From Eledone cirrhosa (Eukaryota): a DNA stretch of 64,000 nt. A program made the position numbers and the translations under genes. The stretch is taken from assembly GCA_964016885.1 (NCBI GenBank), contig OZ024743.1, positions 307,954,001 through 308,018,000 of the forward strand, given 5' to 3'. The notes under the pieces were generated by a model. It was not told the DNA's origin and did not search any database. It saw nothing but the letters and a program-made list of their open reading frames with translations. This document shows, piece after piece, positions 1 to 13,529 of this stretch. The stretch's first letter is position 1; the number at the start of each line of letters is the position of its first letter.

Positions 1-3000
1 GTGTATGGTGCTGTATTGTGGTGTATGGTGGTGTATAGTGGTGTATAGTGGTGTATGGTCGTGTATGGTGGTGTATGGTGGTGTATGGTGGTGTATGGTG
101 GTGTGTGGTGGTGTATTGTGGTGTATGGTGGTGTGTGGTGGTGTATGCTGGTGTATGGTGGTGTATGGTGGTATATGGTGGTGTATGGTGGTGTATGGTG
201 GTGTATTGTGGTGTATGGTGGTGTATGGTGGTGTATGGTGGTGTATGGTGGTGTATGGAGGTGTATGGTGAGGTATGGTGGTGTATGGTGGGGTATGGTA
301 GTGTATTGCGGTGTATTGTGGTGTATGGTGGGTTATGGTGGTGTATGGTGGTGTATTGTGGTGTATTGTGGTGTATGGTGGTGTATGGTGGTGTATGGTG
401 GTGTATTTTGGTGTATGGTGGTATATTGTGGTGTATTGTGGTGTATTGTGGTGTATTGTGGTGTATGGTGGTGTATGGTGGTGTATGGTGGTGTATTGTG
501 GTGTATGGTGGTATATTGTGGTGTATGGTGGTGTATTGTGGTGTATGGTGGTGTATGGTGGTGTATGGTGGTGTATTGTGGTGTATTGTGGTGTATGGTG
601 GTGTATTGTGGTGTATGGTGGTGTATGGTGGTGTATGGTGGTGTATTGTGGTGTATGGTGGTGTATTGTGGTGTATAGTGGTGTATGGTGGTGTATGGTG
701 GTTTTATGGTGGTGTATTGTGGTGTATTGTGGTGTATGGTGTGGTATGGTGGTGTATGGTGGTGTATTGTGGTGTATGGTGGTGTATGGTGGTGTATGGT
801 GGTGTATGGTGGTGTATTGTGGTGTATTGTGGTGTATGGTGGTGTATGGTGGTGTATTGTGGTGTATGGTGGTGTATGGTGGTGTATGGTGGTGTATTAT
901 GGTGTATAGTGGTGTATAGTGGTGTATGGTGGTGTATGGTGGTGTATTGTGGTGTATTGTGGTGTATGGTGGTGTATGGTGGTGTATGGTGGTGTATTGT
1001 GGTGTATGGTGGTGTATGGTGGTGTATGGTGGTGTATTGTGGTGTATTGTGTTGTATGGTGGTGTATTGTGGCGTATGGTGGTGTATTGTGGTGTATGGT
1101 GCTGTATTGTGGTGTATGGTGCTGTATTGTGGTGTATGGTGCTGTATTGTGGTGTATGGTGGTGTATTGTGGTGTATGGTGGTGTATTGTGGTGTATGGT
1201 GGTGTATTGTGGTGTATGGTGGTGTATTGTGGGGGTATTGTGGTGTATGGTGGGGTATTGTGGTGCATGGTGCTGTATTGTGGTGTATTGTGGTGCATGG
1301 TAGTGTATGGTGGTGTATGGTGGTGTATGGTGGTGTATTGTGGTGTATGGTGGTGTATTGTGGTGTATGGTGGTGTATGGTGGTATATTGTGGGGTATGG
1401 TGGTGTATGATAGTGTACTGTGGTGTGTGGTGGTGTATGGTGGTGTATGGTGGTGTATGGTGGTGTATGGTGGTGTATGGTGGTGTATTGTGGTGTATGG
1501 TGGTGTATGGTGGTGTATGGTGGTGTATTGTGGTGTATGGTGGTATATGGCGGTGTATGGTGGTGTATTGTGGTGTATGGTGGTGTATGGTGGTGTATGG
1601 TGGTGTATTATGGTGTATAGTGGTGTATAGTGGTGTATGGTGGTGTATGGTGGTGTATTGTGGTGTATTGTGGTGTATGGTGGTGTATGGTGGTGTATGG
1701 TGGTGTATTGTGGTGTATTGTGGTGTATGGTGATGTATGGTGGTGTATGGTGGTGTATTGTGGTGTATTGTGTTGTATGGTGGTGTATTGTGGTGTATGG
1801 TGGTGTATTGTGGTGTATGGTGGTGTATTGTGGTGTATGGTGGGGTATTGTGGTGTATGGTGCTGTATTGTGGTGTATTGTGGTGCGTGGTAGTGTATGG
1901 TGGTGTATGGTGGTGTATGGTGGTGTATTATGGTGTATGGTGGTGTATTGTGGTGTATGGTGGTGTATGGTGGTATATTGTGGGGTATGGTGGTGTATGG
2001 TAGTGTACTGTGGTGTGTGGTGGTGTATGGTGGTGTATGGTGGTGTATGGTGGTGTATAGTGGTGTGCGGTGTATGGTGGTGTATGGTGGTGTATGGTGG
2101 TGTATGGTGGTGTATTGTGGTGTATGGTGGTGTATGGTGGTGTATGGTGGTGTATGGTGGTGTATTGTGGTGTATGGTGGTGTATGGTGGTGTATGGTGG
2201 TGTATGGTGGTGTATTGTGGTGTATTGTGGTGTATTGTGGTGTATGGTGGTGTATGGTGGTCTATTGTGGTGTATGGTGGTGTATTGTGGTGTATTGTGG
2301 TGTATGATGGTGTATGGTGGTGTATGGTGGTGTATTGTGGTGTATGGTGGTGTATGGTGGTCTATTGTGGTGTATGGTGGTGGATTGTGGTGTGTGGTGG
2401 TGTATGGTGGTGTATTGTGGTGTATGGTGGTGTATTGTGGTGTATGGTCGTGTATGCTGTATGGTGGTGTATGGTGGTGTATGTTGGTGTATGGTGGTGT
2501 ATTGTGATGTATGGTGGTGTATTGTGGTGTATTGTGATGGATGGTGGTGGATGGTGGTGTATGGTGGTGTATGGTGGTTTATGGTGATGTATGGTGGTGT
2601 ATGGTGGTTTATTGTGGTGTATTGTGATGTGTGGTGGTGTATGGTGGTGTATTGTGGTGTATGGTGGTGTATGGTGGTGTATGGTGGTGTATGGTGGTGT
2701 ATGCTGGTGTATGGTGGTGTATGGTGGTGTATGGTGATGTATGGTGGTGTATGGTGGTTTATGGTGGTTTATGGTGGTGTGTGGTGTATTGTGGTGTATG
2801 GTGGTGTATTGTGGTGTGTGGTGGTGTATGGTGGTGTATGGTTGTTTATGGTGGTATATGGTGGTGTATGGTGGTGTATGGTGGTGTATGCTGGTGTATG
2901 GTGGTGTATGGTGGTGTATGGTGGTGTATGGTGGTGTATTGTGGTGTATGGTGGTGTATGGTGTGGTATGGTGGTGTATGGTGGTGTATTGTGGTGTATG

Positions 3001-6000
3001 GTGGTGTATGGTGGTGTATGGTGGTGTATGGTGGTGTATTGTGGTGTATTGTGGTGTATGGTGGTGTATGGTGGTGTATTGTGGTGTATGGTGGTGTATG
3101 GTGGTGTATGGTGGTGTATTATGGTGTATAGTGGTGTATAGTGGTGTATGGTGGTGTATGGTGGTGTATTGTGGTGTATTGTGGTGTATGGTGGTGTATG
3201 GTGGTGTATGGTGGTGTATTGTGGTGTATGGTGGTGTATGGTGGTGTATGGTGGTGTATTGTGGTGTATTGTGTTGTATGGTGGTGTATTGTGGCGTATG
3301 GTGGTGTATTGTGGTGTATGGTGCTGTATTGTGGTGTATGGTGCTGTATTGTGGTGTATGGTGCTGTATTGTGGTGTATGGTGGTGTATTGTGGTGTATG
3401 GTGGTGTATTGTGGTGTATGGTGGTGTATTGTGGTGTATGGTGGTGTATTGTGGGGGTATTGTGGTGTATGGTGGGGTATTGTGGTGCATGGTGCTGTAT
3501 TGTGGTGTATTGTGGTGCATGGTAGTGTATGGTGGTGTATGGTGGTGTATGGTGGTGTATTGTGGTGTATGGTGGTGTATTGTGGTGTATGGTGGTGTAT
3601 GGTGGTATATTGTGGGGTATGGTGGTGTATGATAGTGTACTGTGGTGTGTGGTGGTGTATGGTGGTGTATGGTGGTGTATGGTGGTGTATGGTGGTGTAT
3701 GGTGGTGTATTGTGGTGTATGGTGGTGTATGGTGGTGTATGGTGGTGTATTGTGGTGTATGGTGGTATATGGCGGTGTATGGTGGTGTATTGTGGTGTAT
3801 GGTGGTGTATGGTGGTGTATGGTGGTGTATTATGGTGTATAGTGGTGTATAGTGGTGTATGGTGGTGTATGGTGGTGTATTGTGGTGTATTGTGGTGTAT
3901 GGTGGTGTATGGTGGTGTATGGTGGTGTATTGTGGTGTATTGTGGTGTATGGTGATGTATGGTGGTGTATGGTGGTGTATTGTGGTGTATTGTGTTGTAT
4001 GGTGGTGTATTGTGGTGTATGGTGGTGTATTGTGGTGTATGGTGGTGTATTGTGGTGTATGGTGGGGTATTGTGGTGTATGGTGCTGTATTGTGGTGTAT
4101 TGTGGTGCGTGGTAGTGTATGGTGGTGTATGGTGGTGTATGGTGGTGTATTATGGTGTATGGTGGTGTATTGTGGTGTATGGTGGTGTATGGTGGTATAT
4201 TGTGGGGTATGGTGGTGTATGGTAGTGTACTGTGGTGTGTGGTGGTGTATGGTGGTGTATGGTGGTGTATGGTGGTGTATAGTGGTGTGCGGTGTATGGT
4301 GGTGTATGGTGGTGTATGGTGGTGTATGGTGGTGTATTGTGGTGTATGGTGGTGTATGGTGGTGTATGGTGGTGTATGGTGGTGTATTGTGGTGTATGGT
4401 GGTGTATGGTGGTGTATGGTGGTGTATGGTGGTGTATTGTGGTGTATTGTGGTGTATTGTGGTGTATGGTGGTGTATGGTGGTCTATTGTGGTGTATGGT
4501 GGTGTATTGTGGTGTATTGTGGTGTATGATGGTGTATGGTGGTGTATGGTGGTGTATTGTGGTGTATGGTGGTGTATGGTGGTCTATTGTGGTGTATGGT
4601 GGTGGATTGTGGTGTGTGGTGGTGTATGGTGGTGTATTGTGGTGTATGGTGGTGTATTGTGGTGTATGGTCGTGTATGCTGTATGGTGGTGTATGGTGGT
4701 GTATGTTGGTGTATGGTGGTGTATTGTGATGTATGGTGGTGTATTGTGGTGTATTGTGATGGATGGTGGTGGATGGTGGTGTATGGTGGTGTATGGTGGT
4801 TTATGGTGATGTATGGTGGTGTATGGTGGTTTATTGTGGTGTATTGTGATGTGTGGTGGTGTATGGTGGTGTATTGTGGTGTATGGTGGTGTATGGTGGT
4901 GTATGGTGGTGTATGGTGGTGTATGCTGGTGTATGGTGGTGTATGGTGGTGTATGGTGATGTATGGTGGTGTATGGTGGTTTATGGTGGTTTATGGTGGT
5001 GTGTGGTGTATTGTGGTGTATGGTGGTGTATTGTGGTGTGTGGTGGTGTATGGTGGTGTATGGTTGTTTATGGTGGTATATGGTGGTGTATGGTGGTGTA
5101 TGGTGGTGTATGCTGGTGTATGGTGGTGTATGGTGGTGTATGGTGGTGTATGGTGGTGTATTGTGGTGTATGGTGGTGTATGGTGGTGTATGGTGGTGTA
5201 TAGTTGTGTGTGGTGTATGGTGGTGTATGGTGGTGTATGGTGGTGTATGGTGGTGTATTGTGGTGTATGGTGGTGTATGGTGGTGTATGGTGGTGTATTG
5301 TGGTGTATGGTGGTATATGGTGGTGTATGGTGGTGTATTGTGGTGTATGGTGGTGTATGGTGGTGTATGGTGGTGTATTATGGTGTATAGTGGTGTATAG
5401 TGGTGTATGGTGGTGTATGGTGGTGTATTGTGGTGTATTGTGGTGTATGGTGGTGTATGGTGGTGTATGGTGGTGTATTGTGGTGTATTGTGGTGTATGG
5501 TGGTGTATGGTGGTGTATTGTGGTGTATGGTGGTGTATTGTGGTGTATGGTGCTATATTGTGGTGTATGGTGCTGTATTGTGGTGTAACGGTGGTGTATT
5601 GTGGTGTATGGTGGTGTATTGTGGGGGTATTGTGGTGTATGGTGGGGTATTGTGGTGTATGGTGCTGTATTGTGGTGTATTGTGGTGCGTGGTAGTGTAT
5701 GGTGGTGTATGGTGGTGTATGGTGGTGTATTATGGTGTATGGTGGTGTATTGTGGTGTATGGTGGTGTATAGTGCTATATTGTGGGGTATGGTGGTGTAT
5801 GGTAGTGTACTGTGGTGTGTGGTGGTGTATGGTGGTGTATGGTGGTGTATAGTGGTGTATTGTGGTGTATTGTGGTGTATGGTGGTGTATGGTGGTCTAT
5901 TGTGGTGTATGGTGGTGTATTGTGGTGTATTGTGGTGTATGATGGTGTATGGTGGTGTATGGTGGTGTATTGTGGTGTATGGTGGTGTATGGTGGTCTAT

Positions 6001-7160
6001 TGTGGTGTATGGTGGTGGATTGTGGTGTGTGGTGGTGTATGGTGGTGTATGGTGGTGTATTGTGGTGTATGGTGGTGTATTGTGGTGTATGGTCGTGTAT
6101 GCTGTATGGTGGTGTATGGTGGTGTATGTTGGTGTATGGTGGTGTATTGTGGTGTATGGTGGTGTATGGTGGTGTATTGTGGTGTATGGTGGTGTATGGT
6201 GGTGTATGGTGGTGTGTGGTGTATAGTGGTGTATGGTGGTGTATTGTGGTGTGTGGTGGTGTATGGTGGTGTATGGTGGTGTATGGTGGTGTATGGTGGT
6301 ATATGGTGGTGTATTGTGGTGTATGGTGGTGTATGGTGGTGTATTGTGGTGTATGGTGGTGTATGCTGGTGTATGGTGGTGTATGGTGGTGTATGGTCCT
6401 GTATGCTGGTGTATGGTAGTGTATGGTGGTGTATGGTGGTGTATGGTGCTGTATGGTGCTGTATGGTGGTGTGTGGTGTATAGTGGTGTATGGTGGTGTA
6501 TTGTGGTGTATGGTGGTGTATGGTGATGTATGGTGCTGTATGGTGGTGTATTGTGGTGTATGGTGGTGTGTGGTGTATAGTGGTGTATGGTCCTGTATGG
6601 TGATTGGTGGTGTATTGTGGTATATGGTGGTGTATGGTGGTGTATGATGGTGTATGGTTGTTTATGGTGGTGTATTGTGGTGTGTGGTAGTGTATGGTAG
6701 TGTATGGTGGTGTGTAGTGGTGCATGGTGGTGTATGGTGGTGTATGGTGGTGTATGATGGTGTATGGTGGTGTATGGTGGTGTATGGTGGTGTATGGTGG
6801 TGTATTGTGGTGTATGGTGGTGTATGATGGTGTATGATGTTGTATGGTGGTCTATGGTGGTGTATGGTGGTGTATGGTAGTGTATGATGGTGTATGATGG
6901 TGTATTGTGGTGTATGGTTGTGTATGGTGGTGTATGATGGTGTATGGTGGTGTATGGTGGTGTATGATGGTGTATGGTGGTGTATGATGGTGTATGGTGG
7001 TGTATGGTGGTGTATGATGGTGTATGATGGTTTATTGTGGTGTATGGTGGTGTATGATGGTGTATGATGGTGTATGGTGGTTTATTGTGGTGTATTTCGG
7101 TGTATGGTAGTGTATGATGGTGTATGATGGTGTATGATGGTGTATGGTGCTGTATGGTGC
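1..7160. repeat. 10-bp satellite (GTGTATGGTG, with GTGTATTGTG variant); runs off the left edge of the window
   Basis: Continuous 10-mer tandem array. The V/W/Y/G/C-rich ORFs here are translations of the repeat. Confidence 0.98.
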
Positions 7161-7568
7161 TGATGGTGTATGGTACTTTATGATTCTATATAAATACAAT
7201 GCTATAGAATCAGGCAGCTTATGTCATCATATAACAGTGAATCACATTTCTTTATTAATTTCCGAAAATACTAAAATTACTTTATTAATTTTTTATTGTC
7301 TCTGTAGCTTCCACTCCAAATATTTACTTTCGGATCTTAAATAATCGTCCCCTGTCCCACCTATTAATTTCTCAGATCCCCCCCCCCCCCCGCTCTTATT
7401 CCCCCACCCCCACCACAGCATGCATTCCAACCACCCCTCTTATTAGATGTTGCTAATCTATCTCCAGTAAAAATTTAAGTGGTAGCATTCCTGCAACAAT
7501 CAATTTTTTTTTAGACCTTAAAAAACATTATACATGACAGAAAAAGAACATTATTAGAAATCCCATTC

Positions 7569-7733
7569 GGTAGAGAGTCAGACGCCATGCTTTCCAGCAT
7601 AGTTACGTCCCTTAACGATCTGAGTTCAAATCCCGCTGAGTTTGACTTTGCCTTTCATCCTTATGGGGTCGATAAAATAAAGTACCAGTAATGCACTGGG
7701 TAATTGCTGGCCTTGTGCCAAAAAGTAGAAACA
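7569..7733 (+). mobile_element. tRNA-derived SINE family A (Meta-domain-like), 5'-truncated, with 19-bp TSD
   Basis: B-box GAGTTCAAATCC, central GCCTTTCATCCTT..GGGGTCGATAAAATAAAGTACCAG, ATT tail. TSD ATTATTAGAAATCCCATTC at 7550-7568 and 7734-7752. Confidence 0.9.
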
Positions 7734-7923
7734 ATTATTAGAAATCCCATTCATTATAAAACAAATAGGATGTTGGGGTCTCAATATATAAACTAAACGA
7801 CTAATTCTGGTTTTTAAAAGAAATCAACGGAGACAACGTAGTAAAATCACCGAATTTCCACACCACCCCTTCCCTCGCCTATTTCAACCCACCCCTTATT
7901 ATTTGGGACCTGAAATATCTTAC

Positions 7924-7987
7924 AGTTATGACAGATCTCCATCAGTTCCACCAATGTATGTTCCAGTTGTTCCAGCGCTGGGACAGC
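7924..7987 (-). CDS. candidate coding exon (AVPALEQLEHTLVELMEICHN), unknown product
   Basis: CAG acceptor (weak, A-rich tract), GTAAGA donor, one open frame, phase-compatible with the 14610-14670 candidate. No homology recognised. Confidence 0.3.
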
Positions 7988-8279
7988 CTGCTTTGGAAAT
8001 TTATTTATTTATTCAATTTAAACGTCTGTATAGAGCTAGTAAACCATGACAGAGTAGGGGGAGTATCTAGTACTTCTTACAGTGGAGATACAAGAAAACA
8101 AGATAGACACAGATAAGTGAATATAAAAATTGAAATAAAATAAAAAATTTAAATAGGGAAGTGCAAATGGCTGAGCTTTCTACAGATGTGTGCACATTTA
8201 ACATAGTTCTCAGGGAGATTCAGCTGATGTTCAGGTAGAAGGAGGAATGAAGACAGGAAAAGAGAGAAAAGACAAAGTT

Positions 8280-8745
8280 GGTGCTGGTGGTGCTGGTGGT
8301 GGTGGTGTGGTGTGGGGGGGGGGGCTGATGGTGGTGGTGGTGTTTTTTATTGTCAAGGTAACGATGATGATGATAAAGAGGAGGATGACTAACCATGCTT
8401 TACTGTAGTCATACTTGAGGTGGTGTTGGTGATGTTCTGCTTGATACTGCTGCTGCTGATGATGATGGTGGTGATGATGATGCTGGTGGTGGTGGTGATA
8501 AATATGATGATGATGATGATGATGGTGGATAGTGATAAATATGATGCTGATGGTGGTGATGTTGATAAATATTGTGCTGCTATTGATGATGATGATGATG
8601 ACTGTGGTGGTGGTGGTGGTGATGATGATGATGGTGATGATGATGATGAAGATGATGATGATGATGATGATGAAGATGATGATGGTGGTGATGTTGACAT
8701 ATATGTTGCAGCTGCTGCTCATGTTGACAATAACAACAACAATAT
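8280..8745. repeat. low-complexity (GAT)n/(GGT)n trinucleotide region
   Basis: Direct inspection; explains the poly-D/H/S/M ORFs. Confidence 0.9.
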
Positions 8746-9874
8746 TGACTTTTTAAAAGTTGTTGACTTTTCGTTCCTCATTAGTATATGACAGATGTAA
8801 AGTTGACTGTAACGTAACGCTGTTATTTGATGGCAGATCAACAATGTCCACAACTTTATCTCTTTCTTTGTTTCACTTTGACATTTTAGATGAGATATTT
8901 ATGAAGCCAAGCCACATCTTTATGGGGGGGGGGGGGACAATGTTGTTGGCTTTGGGAAGAGGTATGGCTGTGTGGCTAAGAAGTACACTTTGCAGTCAGG
9001 CAGTATGTTGGTCAAGGGGTTTTCTAACATAGTGTTAGCTCAGCCAAAGCCTCCTTCTTCTTCTTCTTCTTCTTCTTCTTCTTCTTCTTCTTCTTCTTCT
9101 TCTTCTTCTTCTTTTTCTTTTTCTTCTTATTGATCATCATCAGCAGCACGATGCACCAGCACTACCGCTTTACAGAGAATACTGGGTACATTTTATCATG
9201 GCACCAACACTACCACTTTACAGAGTGTACTGGGTGTATTTTATCATGCCATCAGTATTAGAGATGTTGTCATACACTCAGCATGACTAAAGAGTCTTAG
9301 CTTTCTTATGTGGTCTTCATTCGACCCCCAACTGCTTTATGGAGACTACTGGGTGCATTTTTGGAGGGCATCAACACTTGAGAGGTTGTCAACTCCTTGA
9401 GAGACCAAAGGGTTTTCTTCACTCTATATTGTCTCTGTCTGTTCTTCAATCACTTTACAATGTGAATTTGCACCTGAAATTTGGCAAATGGAAACTGTAT
9501 GGAAGTTCCTTGCATTTCAATGATCTTGTTTTGGGCCTTAGGAGGTAGATGTAATCTGTTGCCAATATTGGACTTCACATTTTTGGGAATATTTTAGCCA
9601 GGTTTCTGAGGATAACATTCTCTCTTCTTTCCATCAGTCTCAATAGCCCTATAAAGTTTCATGGATATTGTACTTTCTTCCCCAATGGACACGACACATG
9701 AAAGACAAAGTTGACCTCTTCTTCTTGCATATGAGACTATTGCTGTCTCAGATTGTTGTTGTTCACCTGATCGAAATCAGTGATCAGTGATCAGTTTCCA
9801 GGGCCCACCACGAGAAGCTAAAAAACTTGGGCTCCAAAGTTGACATTAGAACACACACACAACCCCACCTCACC

Positions 9875-9905
<31 letters not shown>

Positions 9906-10209
9906 AATAAATACTGTAAAACAGTTTGATATTCTAAAGATTCTGCCAATTTTTCATTTAGATTAATCATTGTTCTTATTATCACTGTCATCATCATCAC
10001 CATTATCATCCCTGCCATCACCATCATCATCGTCATCATCATTTAACGTCCATTTTCCCTGCTAGCAAGTGTTGGACAGGTCTTCATATACCAAGCCAGT
10101 GTTGAAGTGGAGCTACTGACCTCCCAGACAGGCCAGGTATTTGCATCTTGCTTATGTATTGTTTCACATTCTGTAATATATAACATAATATAATATATTC
10201 CATTATATA

Positions 10210-10377
10210 TAATTGTTTCTACTTTTGGCACAAGGCCATTACATTACTGGTACTTTATTTTATCGACCCCGTAAGGATGAAAGGCAAAGTTAACCTCGGC
10301 GGGATTTGAACTCAGACTGTAAAGGGACGTAACTATGCTAGAAAGTATGGCATCCAACCCTCTACCGATACTGCCAA
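10210..10377 (-). mobile_element. SINE family A
   Basis: Reverse complement of the family A head, B-box and Meta-like body. Confidence 0.9.
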
Positions 10378-10684
10378 ATATAATATAATATTAGTACAAT
10401 ATATAATATTGTATAATATTGTATAATATTGTATAATAGATTGTATAATATACTGTATTTTATTATAGTATAATACAATATATTATAATATGATATATTT
10501 AATATATTATGATATAATACAATATAATATAATGTAATATAGTGTAATATAATATTATTTGGGGCAATGGCCTTCAAACAGTTATTATTGTTGCTGTATA
10601 TATGTCATGCTGTATAAATATATTATTAGACTGGGATGATAATGATCTCATTATCTCCTTTTATTCCTTTCATTGTTTACAATA

Positions 10685-10870
10685 GCTGCTTCATTACAGC
10701 AATATTAGTTGCTTCATTACAGCAACATTAGTTGCCTCATTACAGCAACATTAGTTACCTCATTATAGTAGATTTAGTTGTCTGATTACTAGACATTGTT
10801 GCCTCATTACAGCAACATTAGTTGCCTCATTACAATAGACTTAGTTGTCTCAATAAGCAGACTTAGCTGT
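10685..10870. repeat. ~23-bp minisatellite (GCCTCATTACAGCAACATTAGTT)
   Basis: About 8 diverged tandem copies. Confidence 0.8.
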
Positions 10871-12084
10871 TGTTTTTGTGGTTCTTTTTTTCTGTTTGTG
10901 TACATCATCGTGTTTTGTTTGTATTGAACCTTGAAATTATTTCATCTCTAACAAGCAAGAGTACTCTGCTAAGTTCTAATACACCAATAATATGTATTTC
11001 ATTACTGACTAATTACCGAGAGTAGTCTGTAATTTCTAATACAGCAATAATATTTATGTGCACACATATATGTGGTTGCTTGGTACAACATGAAGGTTGT
11101 TTATCGATGTGTTCTGATATAAATCCACAAACCTTACACAAACAATCCAGACATTGCACTATCACTATCATTTTCTAAACTAAATGTCAGCAGTGACAAT
11201 ATCATTTCCTTTATGAGAGCTTTTACACAGTTCTGTTCTGATATTTCCTTACTGTTTTGTCTTTAAGACTGCACCTATCTATTTTAATGGATATTTATAT
11301 ATAACAACACACGAACAACATAACTATAACAACAACACAACAACAAGGTAATATTATAGATGAGAACAAAACACTAAGATATGTCAGATGATTGATTTGG
11401 AGGTTAGACTGATGACCAGAAGTTCAATCTCTTTTACTTTGCATTATGTTATTATATTGCAGTTCTATATCATGTACATTACCATGTTCTATATAACCCC
11501 CCCCCCCCCCCACACACACACACACAACATATATATATATAATACACACACACATGCACACACACATGTCAGACATGTAATCCATGCTAGTATGGAAAGT
11601 AGATGTTTAATGGTGGTGATGATATATATATATATATATGTTTACATATATGGATTGTTTAACTAATGGGTAGATCTAGTCATTCTGATACAATAAGCAA
11701 AAGCACTTGATGTTATGCATATCATCCATCATAGATGTGATCTTGTGCTTGGTGCAGAAATGCAGTTAAATACTTCAATGAAAAAAGAAGGCTGGATTTC
11801 TAATATTCTTTTGATGCTGCAAAAGCATGATACATATTTCTATGGTCAACAGACCCATATCATAAAGTCTTGACACAGGACACATGGTGACATCTTTAGG
11901 TGTAATTCACATAAAAGATTTAAATGTTAAGTAATCATTTACTGGATTACGACAAAATATAAACAAAGAATTGATACAGGAGTGGTGCATTGGTCAATGA
12001 GACCTCAGAGACAGATATATACACTCTACATATATACATATACATGCACATGCACACAGACATGCACACCCATGCACGCACACA

Positions 12085-12115
<31 letters not shown>

Positions 12116-12464
12116 GCACACACATGCACACTCACACACACACACATAAACATCCAGATGATTTCAGAAGCGTGGAGAAGATTTGGGATTTGAAACATCT
12201 TGGCAACAAGGAATCAAACTCTGCATCTTTCAGGTGTATTAACCACCAAAGATTTTTAAGCATCTAGCTAGAAGTGTAAACAAAGCAACTGACTTAAGAA
12301 GCATTGTCACTTTACTTGACTTTCTCAACTATAGTTTTTATAGCAACTAATATTATGGCTCGGATGCACACCCATTTTAAATATGTGTCGCAGCTGATTA
12401 GGAATAAAGGAATCAGGAATATCTACATCAAACCTTCGCAATTATCTTTATTGTATATATATAT

Positions 12465-12760
12465 ATATTACTTCAAAATATTAATAAATATAGACATTCA
12501 TGTGATCAAATATATTTTATTATACATATTTCAGAGGTACTGAGCTATTTCATCAGTACGTCCTCATCAGATAAAATAAATTGATGTCTGACATACCTCA
12601 ACTGTGCTGATGGTTCAATTCCAGTCTTGGCAGTACTGGAAGACTTTATTTTATCTGACGAGGATGTACTGATGAAATAGCTCAGTACCTCTGAAATATG
12701 TATAATAAAATATATTTGATCACATGAATGTCTATATTTATTAATATTTTGAAGTAATAT
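12465..12760. repeat. fold-back element: 116-bp inverted arms, 64-bp loop, next to (TA)n
   Basis: 12465-12580 is the reverse complement of 12645-12760 with 2 mismatches. Confidence 0.95.
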
Positions 12761-12857
12761 TAATAACTCTAGAAAACCTACTTGTTGAGTGCTTCTAATC
12801 TATTGTAAAACTTTATTCATTGATTAATCAATGAACCTTGTTAAATTTTGGTTATAT

Positions 12858-13205
12858 ATCATCATCATCATCATCATCATCATTTTACGTCCGCTTTTCC
12901 CTGCTTGCAAGGGTGGGACGGGAACTGATTATGGCTTGATTTCTACAGCTGGATGCCCTTCCTAACACCAACCTCATTTACAGTGAGTGCTGGGTGCTTT
13001 TTTGCCGTGGCACCTACACGTCCACTTTGCAGTGGAATGATAGGGACCCCGGTCCCTATCATCTCATTTCTACAGCTGAGTAAACTGGAGCAATGTGAAA
13101 TAAAGTGTCTTGCTCAAGGAAACAACACATCACCCGGTCTGAGAATTGAACTCACAACCTTTCGATTGCAAGGCCAATGCTCTAACCACTAAGCCATGTG
13201 CCTCC
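12858..13205 (-). mobile_element. CORE-type tRNA SINE with RTE-derived 3' tail and (GAT)n end
   Basis: tRNA-like head (TGGCTTAGTGGTTAGAGC..GAGTTCAATTC), MIR-CORE-like CTTGAGCAAGACACTTT..CAGCTGTAGAAATG, tail matching RTE 3' ends in the window. Near-identical to 62090-62433. Confidence 0.85.
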
Positions 13206-13529
13206 ATATATATATATATATACCAAATGAAAAAGATATATATGTATATATAGAGAGAGAAAGAACCATATATTGTATAGGAAATACAGTTTGAAATAGC
13301 GCTATAAGATCTCTCTAACGATTCCACCTGTGCATATATTCTTCTATGGAATATGTATTTGGTATATATACAATATACTGTGTTTCCTATAAGAGACATG
13401 GTTCTTTCTCCTTCTATATATACACATATTTTCATTTGGTTATTATGGCTCTAGATGAAGTCTATTGAGCTCACTTATTGAGAATCACAAAATTCTAACA
13501 TATTTGATATGTTTTGATTCATTATTTGT

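Noticed and set aside
1-7160. Long V/W/Y/G/C-rich ORFs; possible telomere repeat
   Set aside because: All frames give the same periodic peptide from a 10-mer. The unit is not TTAGGG-like.
8231-8791. Poly-Asp/His/Ser ORFs suggestive of a biomineralisation or low-complexity protein
   Set aside because: Trinucleotide microsatellite open on both strands, with no splice or start context.
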